Source: Rhynchopus sp. YZ270_cl-10
Lineage: Eukaryota
NCBI GenBank assembly: GCA_964035575.1
Contig: OZ037838.1
Location: forward strand, 868,001 to 932,000
Reading direction: 5' to 3'
DNA length: 64,000 bases
The translations under genes were made by a program, and so were the position numbers. This document shows, in pieces, positions 1 through 11,962 of the stretch. The notes beneath the pieces were generated by a model. The model made no database searches. It worked only from the letters and a program-made list of their open reading frames with translations, and was not told the origin of the DNA. The number at the start of each line of letters is the position of its first letter. Position 1 is the stretch's first letter.

Positions 1-75
1 ACTGTACTGTACTGTACTGTACTGTACTGTACTGTACTGTACTGTACTGTACTGTACTGTACTGTACTGTACTGT
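1..75. repeat. (ACTGT)15 pentanucleotide tandem repeat, cut by the window start
   Basis: 15 perfect ACTGT units read directly. Confidence 0.95.
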
Positions 76-390
76 GTGTAATACGCAACTATATATGCCA
101 TGACCGCCTTGGAGGCTTTCCCAGTCTGGATGTTTGTGGCACCCGCGTGCAGATGGTGGTCTCGAAGCCCCCCGGGTGGCGAAAACCGAAAACAACAAAA
201 AAAAAGTATACCCCCCTTACCGGAGTACCTACGGAAGAACCACGGAAGAACCTCGGAGAATCGGTTTGGGTGGTCACACCAAGACTCCTACTTTTTTTTT
301 TCTCCCCCTCCCCCTCCCCCCTGAGCCTCTCCTCTCTTCTCCCCCTTCCCCTCCTCCCCTCTTCTTCCACTACCTATAAACAAACAAATA

Positions 391-563
391 CCGTGGTGTC
401 TCTTATTTTCGAACAAAAAAAACGACCCAAATTCGAGAACGAAAGTTATAATACTGTACGGACATTTTACTTTATTAACCAAAACCTTAAACGAAAATAA
501 GCTTTCAGACGAAAGTTCATTATTAGACGAACATTCATTGCTCGAAAATAAGAGACACCACGG
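391..563. mobile_element. 173-bp MITE, Tc1/mariner-type (TA TSD)
   Basis: 26-bp TIR CCGTGGTGTCTCTTATTTTCGA(A/G)CAA with 1 mismatch; TA at 389-390 and 564-565. Confidence 0.85.
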
Positions 564-568
564 TAACA

Positions 569-619
569 TATAGTGGAGCACACTCTAGGTGGCTACATTA
601 ATACAACCAAGTTTTCAAA
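569..619 (+). repeat. Short hairpin repeat family R1 (TATAGTGGAG..CTACACTA..CAAGTTTTCAAA); other copies ~4024-4075, 8412-8465, 14831-14880, 31216-31267, 37214-37262, partial 49117-49146
   Basis: Near-identical ~50-bp copies, all on +; several have flanking direct repeats (TAACA; AAAAAAAGCTA). Confidence 0.85.
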
Positions 620-897
620 TAACAAGGACATTTGACAGTGGCTGAGAAAGAGGATAAGTCGTAATCTCAATACAAAGTAACGCGCCCTTCCTCTCCAACC
701 CCCACGTCTACAAAACTATCAAAGCAAAATTAAACAGAGCACAAAGCGCTTTCAAAATATACATTTTTTTTTTTCAAATCCCCCTCCTACCCTCCTCCCC
801 TCCTCCCCTCTTCCACTACCTTCCAGGGGGGTCTTTTTTTTTTTGGGGGTCTTCCCCCCTCATTCCCCTCATTCCCCATATTTCCCCCCCAAAAAAA

Positions 898-3800
898 ATG
901 TCAAAAAAATTCTTAAATTTCCTTCTCCCAAAGAAGAAGTATAAGGAGAATGCAGGGCATACACCGTCCCCTCCGCCACGTCCTGGGGGTACTGGGGGGC
1001 TGCAGAGAAGGGGGTCGGTGATTGCGGGGCGGCGCATCACCCCGCAGGAGGAGTCCATCCGGCTGGCGAGAAAACTCCGTTTTGGGGAGTTGTGGAGCAG
1101 TGTCTGGGCTTTGCTTATGAATAATAGAGAAGATTTGAAGGTAGGTGGCGGGGCCGCCCTCCGATACAACGCCGGCGCCCTTTCATACATCTCAAAAGGA
1201 TTAAGCGAACTCTGCACCATCCTCCACAATGAAGCCAGAGACACCCTCTGCGGGGAAGCACCCCCATGCTACGAACTTCTCCTCAACCGCGACGTCGTCA
1301 AACTTATGTGCGAATACTGCAACCCTTCTTCAGATCCTCGAGTAACCGCATCTCCAATCTACGTTCAGCTCCTTGCCTTTATTTCTGATATCGTAATATT
1401 TGCTGGTGGGTCCGAAGAACGACCTTTGTTGGGACAGCACAAACAGATTATTTCCCCCTTGGTTCGATTGTTAAATGCGTTATCAGAATTTGCGGATGCG
1501 CCTCCATCAGAAAATCCAGTCGCCGCCCCGCAGATGTTGAAGGTGAGGTATTCGTTGCTATACATAATGTACGGTATTGCACATCAACTGCAAAAATTTC
1601 CGCATTGCTTGATATTCTTTTTAGAGGAACCACAGTCTCCTGGTGCGAAGGGGACATCAGGGTTGCTCTTGGCGAAGCTTTGCCAAGGGTATATCGGGAG
1701 TGATGATTATGTGTTTGCAGAAATATTTTTTGCGGAGGAGCAGCGGGCCAACCCCAACTACGATTTGATAACGCGAGACAAACGGAACACCGCAGACCGT
1801 CTTGCAAGCTCGCAACGTACAAAGCCACCGCGGGGTGCAGACCCGCTTAGCAGTAGCATGCGATCGGCGTCTCCAATGGGAGAAGGTTTGAAGCGGTCTG
1901 CCTCTTATTCGCACGGCGCTGCTCTTGGTGTGTCACCCCCTTCGCCACAGCGGGTAGGAAGGTCGCCGACACATGAAACCCATCTGCACGATGAAGTTGC
2001 AGGAAAACGTCTGTATCTTTCAGATCTCGCAGTGGAAGTGCTGTGCTGTCTTGCTGCATGCATGGATGAGGCGAGTCACGCATTTTTTGAGGTTCGAGCA
2101 GAAAAAATCGCGGAACGCCTCCTAACAGAGATCGTTCGCCTCCGTGGTGTGGCCAGGGGGATCGCAAAGACCCCTTCTCTCGGATCATCCGAGGCGATGT
2201 CGTTGGTGGTGATATACGACAGAATCGGTGTGGTAGCGAGACAGCTTGACAGCATCTGCGAAGGGTGCAGCTCTCAGCGTTTTTCTAACATCCTTCTCCA
2301 CGGAATTGCTGGCAGGCTGTTGGGCACCACCGACCCCTTTTCAGACTGCACCCCCTTCCTTAGTGTGGTAAATGAAGAGGAAGCGAATTTCGCCGGGTTT
2401 TTCCTTTCCGTATTGAAACCTGCCCAGGCGCTTGCGAGAGAGGTGCTGATTTGGGCCTGCCAAAAGCCTATCCAACGTTCCCTTATTAGTACCGCAAGGG
2501 GGGATCGGAATTCGTTTGGACAGACCTGCCTGAGATTGCTCGAAGCAGTGTTGCTCAAAACAGCAGAAGGATCCCTTGGCGATAGTGTAGATGCCTCCGA
2601 CATCCTACCTGCAGAGGCTGGCAACGACGCGGTCGTGCTTAAGGTGGATGAGAGCAACCCATCGCACCTCATCTCCTGCTGCAACCCGGTGCGAATCCCG
2701 CTTAGCTTTTCGCTTCTCTATATGAATGGCCTTTCCAGGGGTGCGGCGATAACGAAATACACGAGAGACGACACAATATCATCAGATGACGAAAGCGATG
2801 AGGGAAATCACTCCAGGACGGATGAGAGGCTTGTTGCCCAGGCAAGATGCGCTCCAGTATTAGGATCAAATGGAGGTGCGTTACGTGTGTTCCGTGCATT
2901 AGGGGTTCATGCAGATTTACAGAAGGCTGCAGCAAAATACCATGAGGTAGCACCAGGGCCGCATACGGTGTCGATGGCGCCGTTGTCCGACTCTTTTGCA
3001 GATGATATTTTTTCATCGGACAGTGGGTCCGTGTACGCAGAGGTTGGGATCCTGGATCGGTATGTGGTGCCCGAAAAGAACTGTGTCACCCCCGACGATC
3101 TAGATGCATTTCTCATCGAGCTACTACGTCATATCCAGCCAGGTGGGTGGAAGGACAGAGGCTTTCTTGCGTTGTACTGCGATGCGTTGTGCAGGCCGAG
3201 GTTGCTTGCCTCTGTGTATTGCGTGCTGCTTGCGTTGGGTGGTGGTGCAGGGGTTGCTGCAGGAGAGGTGGTGAACAGTCTCCGCCAGCTGCGGACGCGG
3301 CCGAATAGAGTGCTTCACGCCAATGTGATTCAGAATGTGGACCATCTGTTTCACCATGAACTGATGTGGACATTAGATCTGCTTCCAAATGTACGTTCCC
3401 TTGCGCGGAAGGATGCTGCCGTTGCGGTGGCCTCGCGGAATGGCTGCACCTTTCTTGTTACAGATGATCTGGTGTTCACCTGCGGAACGCTTCTGCGAGA
3501 AGCTGCAGAGGTACCTCTTGACGGTCTTGTTGCTGCCCTGTCGATTATCTCCCTTTCTGTTATGTTCTCCCCGATGTTGACGTACCGCTGGTTTGCGCCG
3601 GACTCCGCGCTTCTTGCAAGCCTTGCTGAAGTGAAGAAGGATATTTCGGCAACCCTGGGGGGTCTCGCGGACGTCCGCGGGGTGATCAAAACGGTGCGAG
3701 GACAGCTGGGGTTGGGTGAGGGTGGGGTCCGTGCGAGCCAGGCGTTGCGGGAAGCGACGGCACCGTACAGCGCGCGTCTCGGTGCCTGGTGCGTTCTTGA

Positions 3801-3933
3801 GGAGTGGCGGCTAGAGCTAAACGCACTTCTCGAAGCCATAGCGAATCAAGAAACCCTCATGCTTCTAGGTGTCTCCTCGGATGAGGTTTCAACCCGACGC
3901 CGGGCAGGCGCAATGGCACCTCGTGTACAATGA
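898..3933 (+). CDS. FHIP/FAM160 (RAI16-like, FHF complex subunit)-like protein, 1011 aa
   Basis: Long ATG ORF after a polypyrimidine tract. N-terminal 'LHNEA..GEAPPCYELLLNRDVVKLMC..PLL..HKQIISPLVRLL' resembles the FAM160 'GPCLEYLL..ILE.L...HPLL....VH.P..KLL' motif (from memory, not searched). Confidence 0.65.
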   Translation: MSKKFLNFLLPKKKYKENAGHTPSPPPRPGGTGGLQRRGSVIAGRRITPQEESIRLARKLRFGELWSSVWALLMNNREDLKVGGGAALRYNAGALSYISKGLSELCTILHNEARDTLCGEAPPCYELLLNRDVVKLMCEYCNPSSDPRVTASPIYVQLLAFISDIVIFAGGSEERPLLGQHKQIISPLVRLLNALSEFADAPPSENPVAAPQMLKVRYSLLYIMYGIAHQLQKFPHCLIFFLEEPQSPGAKGTSGLLLAKLCQGYIGSDDYVFAEIFFAEEQRANPNYDLITRDKRNTADRLASSQRTKPPRGADPLSSSMRSASPMGEGLKRSASYSHGAALGVSPPSPQRVGRSPTHETHLHDEVAGKRLYLSDLAVEVLCCLAACMDEASHAFFEVRAEKIAERLLTEIVRLRGVARGIAKTPSLGSSEAMSLVVIYDRIGVVARQLDSICEGCSSQRFSNILLHGIAGRLLGTTDPFSDCTPFLSVVNEEEANFAGFFLSVLKPAQALAREVLIWACQKPIQRSLISTARGDRNSFGQTCLRLLEAVLLKTAEGSLGDSVDASDILPAEAGNDAVVLKVDESNPSHLISCCNPVRIPLSFSLLYMNGLSRGAAITKYTRDDTISSDDESDEGNHSRTDERLVAQARCAPVLGSNGGALRVFRALGVHADLQKAAAKYHEVAPGPHTVSMAPLSDSFADDIFSSDSGSVYAEVGILDRYVVPEKNCVTPDDLDAFLIELLRHIQPGGWKDRGFLALYCDALCRPRLLASVYCVLLALGGGAGVAAGEVVNSLRQLRTRPNRVLHANVIQNVDHLFHHELMWTLDLLPNVRSLARKDAAVAVASRNGCTFLVTDDLVFTCGTLLREAAEVPLDGLVAALSIISLSVMFSPMLTYRWFAPDSALLASLAEVKKDISATLGGLADVRGVIKTVRGQLGLGEGGVRASQALREATAPYSARLGAWCVLEEWRLELNALLEAIANQETLMLLGVSSDEVSTRRRAGAMAPRVQ

Positions 3934-4306
3934 ATATCGCAATGTGGTGATCAAACTCCGGAGGGAGGGAGGGAGGGAGAGAGAGAGAGAGCGTAGTGGG
4001 TGGTTGTGAAAAAAATTCTTTGTTATAGTGGAGTTCATCCTCGGGTGTCTACACTAATACAACCAAGTTTTCAAAATTCCTATCATAATACAATAATGCA
4101 CCATACAGAGCTGTATATGTGTATGTATTGTGATGGGGCAAATTTTTCACAAAAAAAAAAAAAAACAGCGGAGAGATAGATAGGGCTAGATAAAACAATG
4201 TCGTGTGTTATGTGAGGATGGGAGGGGGGGGAGGAAGGGGGGAGCTTATGGGGTCTAACCTCATTAATTTTTTAGGCTGTTCGTTGGACTCTCGGGGGGG
4301 GGGATA

Positions 4307-5838
4307 GGGGCCGCAGTCCCCTAAGGAAATTATGTAACAATAATTCATTTTGCCACTTTTTGGCGTATAGTGGCCACAACCTGCAGAGAACCACCCCAGA
4401 ATAGGTCAGAAACACCCTGTGAGGCAAAATTGGGTGAAAATTCGACTCCAGAATGTGAAAAAATGGGAAAAAATAGCAAAAAACTGGCTTTTTGGGGGTT
4501 TTGGCCATTTCGGCCAAAACCCCGATTTTTCATGAAAAAACATGAAAAAAACACCAAATTCGATGTTTCAGAGAGTCATTTGAGACCTATTTTGCCCCAA
4601 AAACGTGCTTGGAGTCCATTCTCGCCTGTTTTTCACATTTTTACGCCTTTTCTTTGGTGAATTTGGCCAAAATTTGGTCAAAATGACCCCCTGTCCACCC
4701 CCTGTCTACCCCCTGTCCAAGGCCAGGATTTTTCCCCTGGCCATCACATAAAGTAGGGTATGGTGCAAATTTTGGTACATACCCCCCCAAAAAATGGTCT
4801 GCGGACCCAACGGAACCGTTTTTTTACCCTTTGGAGGACTCAGAAGCACTAGAAATGGGGAAAATGAGTGAAAAATTGCCCTCCCCCCCAGAGAGGGGGG
4901 TAGGGGCGGTTTTTGGGCTAAAAAATGCCAAATTAGGGCCGCCAGAGGCCTCTTGGGGTCACTCTCCTGTGGAAATCGTACTCCTAGGGGTCCTGTGGGC
5001 CTGATTTCGACGAGCTGCACCCTTTTGGGCCCCCCGAACCGATCTTGGTTTGAAATATTGAGTCGAATATGACCCCTGGACAGGGGGTAGACAGGGGTCA
5101 TTTTGACCTCAAAACACCAAAAAGCGGCCAAAAAAAGTACCTAAAGTGTCCAAAACAGGTCGGAATAGACTCACGGGACATCCCTGGGGTAGTTTTGTGT
5201 CCAAGCAGCTGTCATGATGTCGAAATTTTACAATTTTTTTGAAAATTTGGTCAAAAATGGTCATTTGTCCCAAAATGGCCCAAATGGCCGTTTTGTGCTT
5301 TATTTTCCATTTTTTTTGTGTTTCTGGTAATCAGTCACCCAAAAAAAAGGACACATTTTTGCCATACCATACATATTTGTTCGGTTCCTCCCATTTTTTG
5401 TGCAATTTTTCGTGTTTTTTGCATTTTTTTTTGCATTTTTTTTGACCAAAACTTAGTGAAACTTAGTGAAAATTTGCTGGAAAAACCCCCAACAAAACCA
5501 TTTCTTGAGCGGAATACCCCCCTGTATGGGTAATTGTGGTTGAAAATAGGTGCCTAGAATATGTTCTGAGTGGTTTTGGGGGTGAAATAGCCCCAAATAC
5601 CCCCACAAAGCAAAAAATGTGCCAAAATTGGCCATTTTGCCCCAAATGGCCAAAAAGGCTGAAAATCCTATTTTTTCACACTTTTTTCACTTTCTGAGGT
5701 GCCAAACCATGAAATTCTGGGTCACACTGCCCCGGAAACCTATTTTGGGTGTCAGACACACCCTGAGGTGCCCACTAGATGCCCAAAAAATGACGAAATA
5801 ATTATTGTTACATAATTTCCTTAGGGGACTGCGGCCCC
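4307..5838. mobile_element. Non-autonomous DNA transposon, 39-bp perfect TIR, TA TSD
   Basis: GGGGCCGCAGTCCCCTAAGGAAATTATGTAACAATAATT at 4307-4345 and its exact reverse complement at 5800-5838; TA at 4305-4306 and 5839-5840; no transposase ORF. Confidence 0.9.
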
Positions 5839-6216
5839 TAGGGGGGGGGGAGGGAGGGAGGGGATATAGAGTCCATGTGTCCATGTGTCCATGTGTGTTG
5901 CGGGAGCGTGCTCTTCTTATGTAAAATGTATGTAGTGTGTGCTTTTTTTGCGGGGAACGAAGAGGAGGAGGAGGGGCGTTTTGTGTCTGAGAGAGAATCC
6001 GGCACTTTCCCCCTCCTTGTGTTCTGGTAACGCAATGAAGTACGCAGTCGTGAGAGGGCTTTGTATTTTGAATCGTTTATTGGCAATCGTGTGTAGACCA
6101 ATGAAGTGCTCTCTGGGGGTTCGATAATCCGCGGAGAACCAATGCCTGCGTCCGCCGATGAACCGGTGGGGCGCTTGCAGTTTCAACGTCTCTTTATTTT
6201 TTTTTGAAAAGACTTA

Positions 6217-6662
6217 CTGGGGGGGGCCGAATAAACGAGGTAATTCGAATAAAGCACGTACGTCGAATAAAGCACGCATTTGAAAAATGGGATTTTTGCT
6301 TTTTTTTGCGTCGAATAAAGCACGTACGTGCTTTATTCGACTTTTTGAACTTTTCCTGTGTTGTGACAAGGTAGTTCGTATTTTGTGAAAATTTAAGTCG
6401 CTGAAATTTTGTCCATTTTTCCGAATATGCCCCACCACAAGCCGGGATTGGCTCGGAAATGCAGCAAAATCACCTCTTGGGCGAAAAAAAATCGAAAAAA
6501 AAATTGCGACTGGAAAAACTTTCCAAAAAGTTCAAAAAGGCGAATAAAGCACGTACGTGCTTTATTCGCCTTTTCGAACTTTTTTTTTTTTAAAAAACCT
6601 CAGGATCTGAAGTGTAGGGACGCCTAATAAAACACGTACGTGCTTTATTCGACCCCCCCCAG
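6217..6662. mobile_element. MITE with TA TSD and internal GAATAAAGCACGTACG repeats
   Basis: TIR CTGGGGGGGG(C/T)CGAATAAA; TA at 6215-6216 and 6663-6664. Confidence 0.85.
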
Positions 6663-6666
6663 TAAT

Positions 6667-7367
6667 CAGGGCAGGAGCTTGGAATATGGGTTTGGGGGAA
6701 AATCGGGTCAAATTCTGTTAAATCGGGTCAGGTCCCGAGCTTGTGAAGACAAACACATGCAGAATGAGAAGGCGCGTTTCACAAAATGGTACACGTTGAT
6801 GATACACAAGTGTTGCACCACCCCCGCGGAATGCATGTTGCCCTTGACACTGGCGATGAGGTCATCAAGGTAGGGTTGCGCAATGGAGGTGTGGAATGTG
6901 TGTGTAGGCCCTCGCCAGTTCAGGTACTCTCTCTGGGCAGGTGTCCCCTTCGAGCAAACGTCGGAGGGCGTTCCGTATCCCCGGCAAGACTTGTCACTGT
7001 CTGAGCCCCTCTTTGGTGTGTCACCCAGCGAGTTGATCCAATATCTGGATCGTCAGCTCGCGCCAGTAACCAACGGCTAGGTCGAGTTCGGCATCCCTCT
7101 TGGGTTCGGGTTTGATCGGGGTGGAACGCGCGTTTGAGGGCATTCTGGCTTCATTGAGCTTCGTGCTCGTCGCGCTGGGTCACATAGCAGTTCCTCATCC
7201 TTCTCAGACCCCCTCATGCGACAAGTAGAGTACCCTATTTTTTTGATTTTTTCCCTCAAAAATCTATAGTTTTTTTTTTTTTTTTTTTGCCCTGACCCGT
7301 TTTTTTCTATGGGGCCTAAGGAAATCGGGTCAATCTGACCCGATTTAACCCCCAAACTCCTCCCCTG
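6667..7367. mobile_element. Non-autonomous hAT-like element, 8-bp TSD GACTTAAT
   Basis: Termini CAGGG(C/G)AGGAG(C/T)TTGG; subterminal AAATCGGGTCA motifs. Right TSD at 7368-7375; left TSD is rebuilt from 6211-6216 plus 6665-6666 after removing the MITE. Confidence 0.8.
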
Positions 7368-7883
7368 GACTTAATGGATCACATCCTGGCAACGCTGCAT
7401 ATTTGTTTTCTTTGTTCTCTTACAGTAACACCCACATCCCGCCCCCTTTGCATGAGCTCGACCGAGATGCGTTTTAGCACGTTTCAACTACTCTTTTTTT
7501 AAAATAAACCCGCGTGGAGGTGAACTGCCTTTTACATTAAACCCAATAAAGAAACAAACTTTTCCCTCTAACCTTGTGTCAGAAGAACACAGAATTCTTT
7601 CATTACCACCCACAGAATGTATACCGTGGTGTCAAATACATACATTTTTAACTATTTGGGCAAACTGTGCATTCCCATATTTTTTTTTTTCTTTTGTTGT
7701 TTTGTTCCCAGTATTGTATTGTACTGAACCGTAGGATTCGCCTCTGGTTGGGTGTTCTTGGTGTTTTGGGGTTTTTTTTCTCACCAAAATTTCCTGGACC
7801 CCAAAACGGCCTCAAAAAAAAAACTAAGATAACGTCCTTCCCCAAAAGCCATTTCCTCCAATTACGATTCGTTTCTCAAATAC

Positions 7884-7945
7884 CTGTGAAGAAGAAAATC
7901 GTGGCTACTATCTAGATGATGGAAGTCTAGAATCAACACAAAATA
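7884..7945 (+). repeat. Short repeat family R4 (CCTGTGAAGAAAA..CGTGG.T.CTATCTAG..AT.GTAGTCTA..ATCAA); copies ~15266-15330, 23144-23210, degenerate 23669-23730
   Basis: Direct comparison of copies. Confidence 0.7.
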
Positions 7946-8291
7946 TTCATTTCCCCAAATAATTGCCTCCCCCCCAACCTTCCCAATAAATATCAAGTAA
8001 ACCGATCTGTATGCATGCTGTGCAGTAATCCCCCATTTTTTTTTTAAATTTACCATAACAGTTTATAATCAGCAACTTTGTGTAGGGGGGGGTTTTTTTT
8101 TTTGTTTTAATGTGGCCAAAAGCAGGCTCAATTTTTGTACCTTTTTTCTCTTCTCTTCTGAAGTGTGATAATACATTCCCCGTACCCATTTTCCATCCTT
8201 CCCCGCTGCTTTTGTGAAGTCCTCTGCTTGCCGAGAAGGGCTTAGACCTGCGTTTTCATTTCCTTGTCTCCCATTACGGTGTGTATTTAAA

Positions 8292-8340
8292 AAGGTGACT
8301 GAGCACGAGAAGCTTAGAGTCATCTTATAAACTTTTCTTT
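8292..8340 (+). repeat. Short hairpin repeat family R3 (AAGGTGACTAAGCACGAGAGGCTTAGGGTCATCTTATAAACTTTTCTT); copies ~15938, 39481, 40746, 47066, 49568, 50944, 57309; degenerate ~39738, 46627
   Basis: About 10 copies in the same orientation; AAGGTGAC/GTCATCTT and TAAGC/GCTTA form a stem. Confidence 0.85.
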
Positions 8341-9762
8341 GAAAACAAGGTATAGAATACGAGAGGAACCTTTTCTCATGTGGATACGTGTGTTTTTGAA
8401 ATAAAAAAAACTATAGTGGAGCACACACTCTAGGGCGGCTACACTAATGCAACCAAGTTTTCAAAAAAAACAGTTTATTGGGCGATTCCTTAGAATATTG
8501 CTCATTCTTTATTTTTATTTGCAATTGTCCACCTGATTTTGCCTGGAAAATGTGATGGAGTTTAGTGGTGTTTAAATACCACCAAAACTCCTCTAAGATG
8601 CCAGGCAAAATCAAGGTGTATTGTGTTAGCACGTCTGGGTTTAAAACCATACTTCTGGTTCTGTGGCCTTTATTCCCGCCTTTCTTCCCCGACCATCGAT
8701 TGTGGACCATATTTCATCCGATCTCCTGCCTTGCCTAGCAACGTAAAATAAAGAAATAAAAACTCCTCCCGTTGCGAGATGTCTTGCCAGATACGGGGGG
8801 GCAAAAGGAGGTGTGGTGACTAACTACGAGGGGGTCTTTCTGTACCACCAAAAAAAAAAAAAAAAAAAAAACAGACAGTGGCAGAGCTCGCGCTAAAGTC
8901 CATCCCTCATCCCGGGATTTTTGGGGGTTTTGGTAGGAACGTTTTTTTTTTGCAGTACGGGGATTTCATTAAGAAACCAGAAGTTCTAATATTGTTGAGT
9001 AAGACCACCACATAGTGGACTTGCATATACATGTGACCCCGCCGTGGAACGCAATTGGCTCGGAAAGCCAAAAGAAAGAGGAGAAAAAAAGAAAAGGAAA
9101 AAAAAAAAAAAAAAGTTGGTTACCGTGCGCCTGCGGCGCTGCCTGTTCCCTTCCAGTTTCTACAGGCAAACACTTGCCCCCTTTACCTTACACTGACGGG
9201 TTTTGACCAAAACCAAGAACTTGTCCATTTCGGCAAATTGACCCCACCACAGAACGGACGAATTCCGGAAATGCAAAATGCCGGTGTTTTCGCGCATTTT
9301 CATGTTGCAAGACGTCAGGATCAGGGAGAGAAAATCTGGTTGTGGGATTTACATTGGCCCTCTTTACCCTACATGGATTTTGACCAAAACCAAAAAATTG
9401 GCCATTTCGGCAAAGTGACCCCACCACAGCGCGGACGGATTCCGGAAATTCCAATCGCGGTATGTTTTGGGGCTGAAAACCCACTGATTTTCAGGAGAAA
9501 AATTGCTTCCAAATCTCGGAATTTTCCGAATTTTCCTGAAAATGACCCTTGTTTATGAGTATGGGTTCATATTTTGCGAAAATTTAAGTCACTAAAATTT
9601 TGTCCATTTTTCCGTATATACCCCACCACAAGCCGGGATTGGCCCGGAAATGCCACAAAACGGGGTTTCCGGGCCTCCCCAGCTAACCTTTTCGAGGAAC
9701 GTTTTTCCGTACCCGAAATCCATTTTTTCCCCATTTTTCCCCATAATTAGCGCGACCACTGG

Positions 9763-9830
9763 ACAGTGGAGATTGCACAAACTGTGGCAACACAACCGAG
9801 GCAACTACACTACTCCAACAAGTTATCAAA
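9763..9830 (+). repeat. Short repeat family R2 (ACAGTGGAGATTGCACAAACTGTGGCAACACAACCGAGGCAACTACACTACTCCAACAATTTATCAAA); copies ~22909, 39366, 40366, 47269, 48656; partial 41641 and 29654
   Basis: Near-identical ~65-bp copies, all on +, followed by A-rich tails. Confidence 0.9.
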
Positions 9831-9920
9831 AAAAAACAGAGACCAGGGGGGTATTTTTCAAATAAAACCTCTATTTAAAAAATTTTTCTCCACACTATAA
9901 ACAATCTACCCCCCCCCCTA

Positions 9921-10753
9921 GGCATACTGTGCAGGCGAGCCGTTTTTAGGCGAGTTTTTCGTTTTCCTGATTTTCAGGAAAAACTCGCCAAAAACTCGCC
10001 CTACTCGCCCATTACTCGCCAAAACTCGCCAAAAACTCGCCAAAACTCGCCTAAACTCGCCAAAAACTCGCCTAAACTCGCCTAAACTCGCCCCAATTTG
10101 GGTGCAAATCCTGGTGCACATACGCACCTTGGGGGTGAAAATGTGCACCAGGATGTGAAAATGGAGGGCGGGGGTGACTGATGACAACATGCCACTCGAA
10201 AACACACAAAAAAATTGAAATTGTGTCACTTGTACGTCTAAAGGCAACCATGTCACGGCAGTGGCTGACAGGCATGTATGTAAACATTTGCTCCAGGGGA
10301 AGATCCAGGCGTGCCATAGATCCCGGGGGACAAGACGTGCTACAATCCGGAGGATGACGAAGACATGAGCCGGGGCTACACTCGCTATACAACAATGTCC
10401 TCGCCATGCCGGTAAATGGCAACCCTGCAGGCCACCCCTTGGCGGTACTCCCCCACGACTACATCGCACCCATCTGTGCAAGCTTCATGGATCCGCAGAA
10501 GCTACAGCTGGACTGGTGGTACTGGTTGTGGAAGCCTACAAAGCAAACTGTAGAGGTCTTGTTCAAGTGGAACGAAAAAAATTTTCTCTTCAAAACTCAA
10601 ATTTCCCTCATATTTTCGTGTGTACACTTTTCCCAAGGTAAAATCCCTACCAAAAAAAAAAACTCGCCAAAACTCGCCCCCCAAAAATAGGCGAGTTTTA
10701 GGCGAGTTTTTGGCGAGTAGGCGAGTTTTTTTTACTCGCCCGCACAGTATGCC
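9921..10753. mobile_element. Non-autonomous DNA transposon with TA TSD and subterminal AAACTCGCC arrays
   Basis: TIR GGCATACTGTGC(A/G)GGCGAG; TA at 9919-9920 and 10754-10755; CTCGCC/GGCGAG repeats near both ends. Confidence 0.85.
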
Positions 10754-10755
10754 TA

Positions 10756-11784
10756 GGGGGGTCCACGTAGAAGGAATTCCTTAAGGATTTGCTGTCCAAA
10801 ACCATTTTTTTGAAATTTAGGTGAAGAAATCCACTAAAAAGGTCGTACCTGGGCGCAAATCGCCCTGGGGATCACCCAAATATCCCAATAAACCACCTGA
10901 CAACCTCTACAGAGACTTTCCCGACTAAAAAAAATTGATTTTTTTGTGAAAAACCCCTCAAAATACCGTCACGCTCGCGTCACACTTTGTGGCAAAATGC
11001 AACACTTGACAAAAAAATTCTCCGATCATATAAAACTCCATCTAAAGACCCGAAAAACACCTCGGTCCACCTCCTCTGGGTTCCCGAGGTGGTAATATAT
11101 AGTTTTACAGCTTTTTGGGGGTCCTGTGTGGGTCCCAGATGCATTTTTCAGTGTGCGTGTGTGCCTCGAAAGCTTAAACATAGCCCCTCCTTCAAACATA
11201 GCCCGTCCTGAAAACCCCAAAAAAAGTAATATGACAGTCGTCATAGTGTCAAAATACCCCAGGAAATGACTCCCAGACCTCATGTGGGGTGAAAAATAGC
11301 ATTTGGGACACTCGGTAGGCTTTTTTGGGCCATGAAATGGCATGCAACGGGTATGAGCCGGCTATGCAACACTTTGCAACACTTACTCCCGGCTAAAAAC
11401 GGTTAGAAAACACGATTTTTTCATCAAAAAAAACTGATGTAAATTCAAAACACCCAAAAACCACCTCAGCCCACCTCCGCTGGGGTCCCGAGGTGGAAAT
11501 GTGTGGTTTTTGCAGCTTTTTGGGGTCCTTGGGTGTATTTTTGGGGATGTGTATGTGTCTGCAACGCTTAAACTACCCGTATACCCCCCTTTTTGACATT
11601 TTCGCACTCTAAAGCCCAAAAAGTCAGAAAAAAATAAAAATTGGTGCTCAGAAGTGCATTTTTCGTAATTTTGGGTGGTTTTCGGGTGGTTTCGGGGGGG
11701 TTTTGGGTGGTTTTGAGTGTTTTTTCGGGGGTTTTCTTCAAAAAAAGCGGTTTTGGACAGCAAAAACGGCCGGACGGACCCCCC
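10756..11784. mobile_element. Non-autonomous DNA transposon with bipartite, asymmetric TIR and TA TSD
   Basis: Both ends carry GGGGGGTCC plus TTTGCTGTCCAAAACC with different spacers; TA at 10754-10755 and 11785-11786. Confidence 0.75.
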
Positions 11785-11811
11785 TAACCCCCCCCCCCCC
11801 CCCTTTTTTCG

Positions 11812-11866
11812 GTACAGCCGGTCATGCACCGAGGTACACTGTCCACGAGAGGGCTTTGTATTTCAA
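11812..11866 (+). repeat. Short repeat family R5 (..AGGTACACTG..ACGAGAGGGCTTTGTATTT); copies ~6050-6070, 17148-17205, 36690-36720, 37965-38055
   Basis: Shared GAGGGCTTTGTATTT core and upstream AGGTACACT. Confidence 0.7.
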
Positions 11867-11962
11867 CTCTACTTCCCCCCCCCCTCCCCCTTTCTCCTTC
11901 ATCAATTCTACCCAAAGGGGACCTTACGTTCAGATTTTTCTTCTTGTTCCCTCCTCCTCCTC

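Noticed and set aside
1..75. (ACTGT)n as a telomere
   Set aside because: Not a TTAGGG-like G-rich repeat; more likely a microsatellite at a contig or window edge.
9975..10095. AAACTCGCC array (also the CATAATAGC and ACGATCGT arrays) as CRISPR
   Set aside because: Units are ~10 bp with no unique spacers and no cas genes; they are subterminal repeats of transposons.
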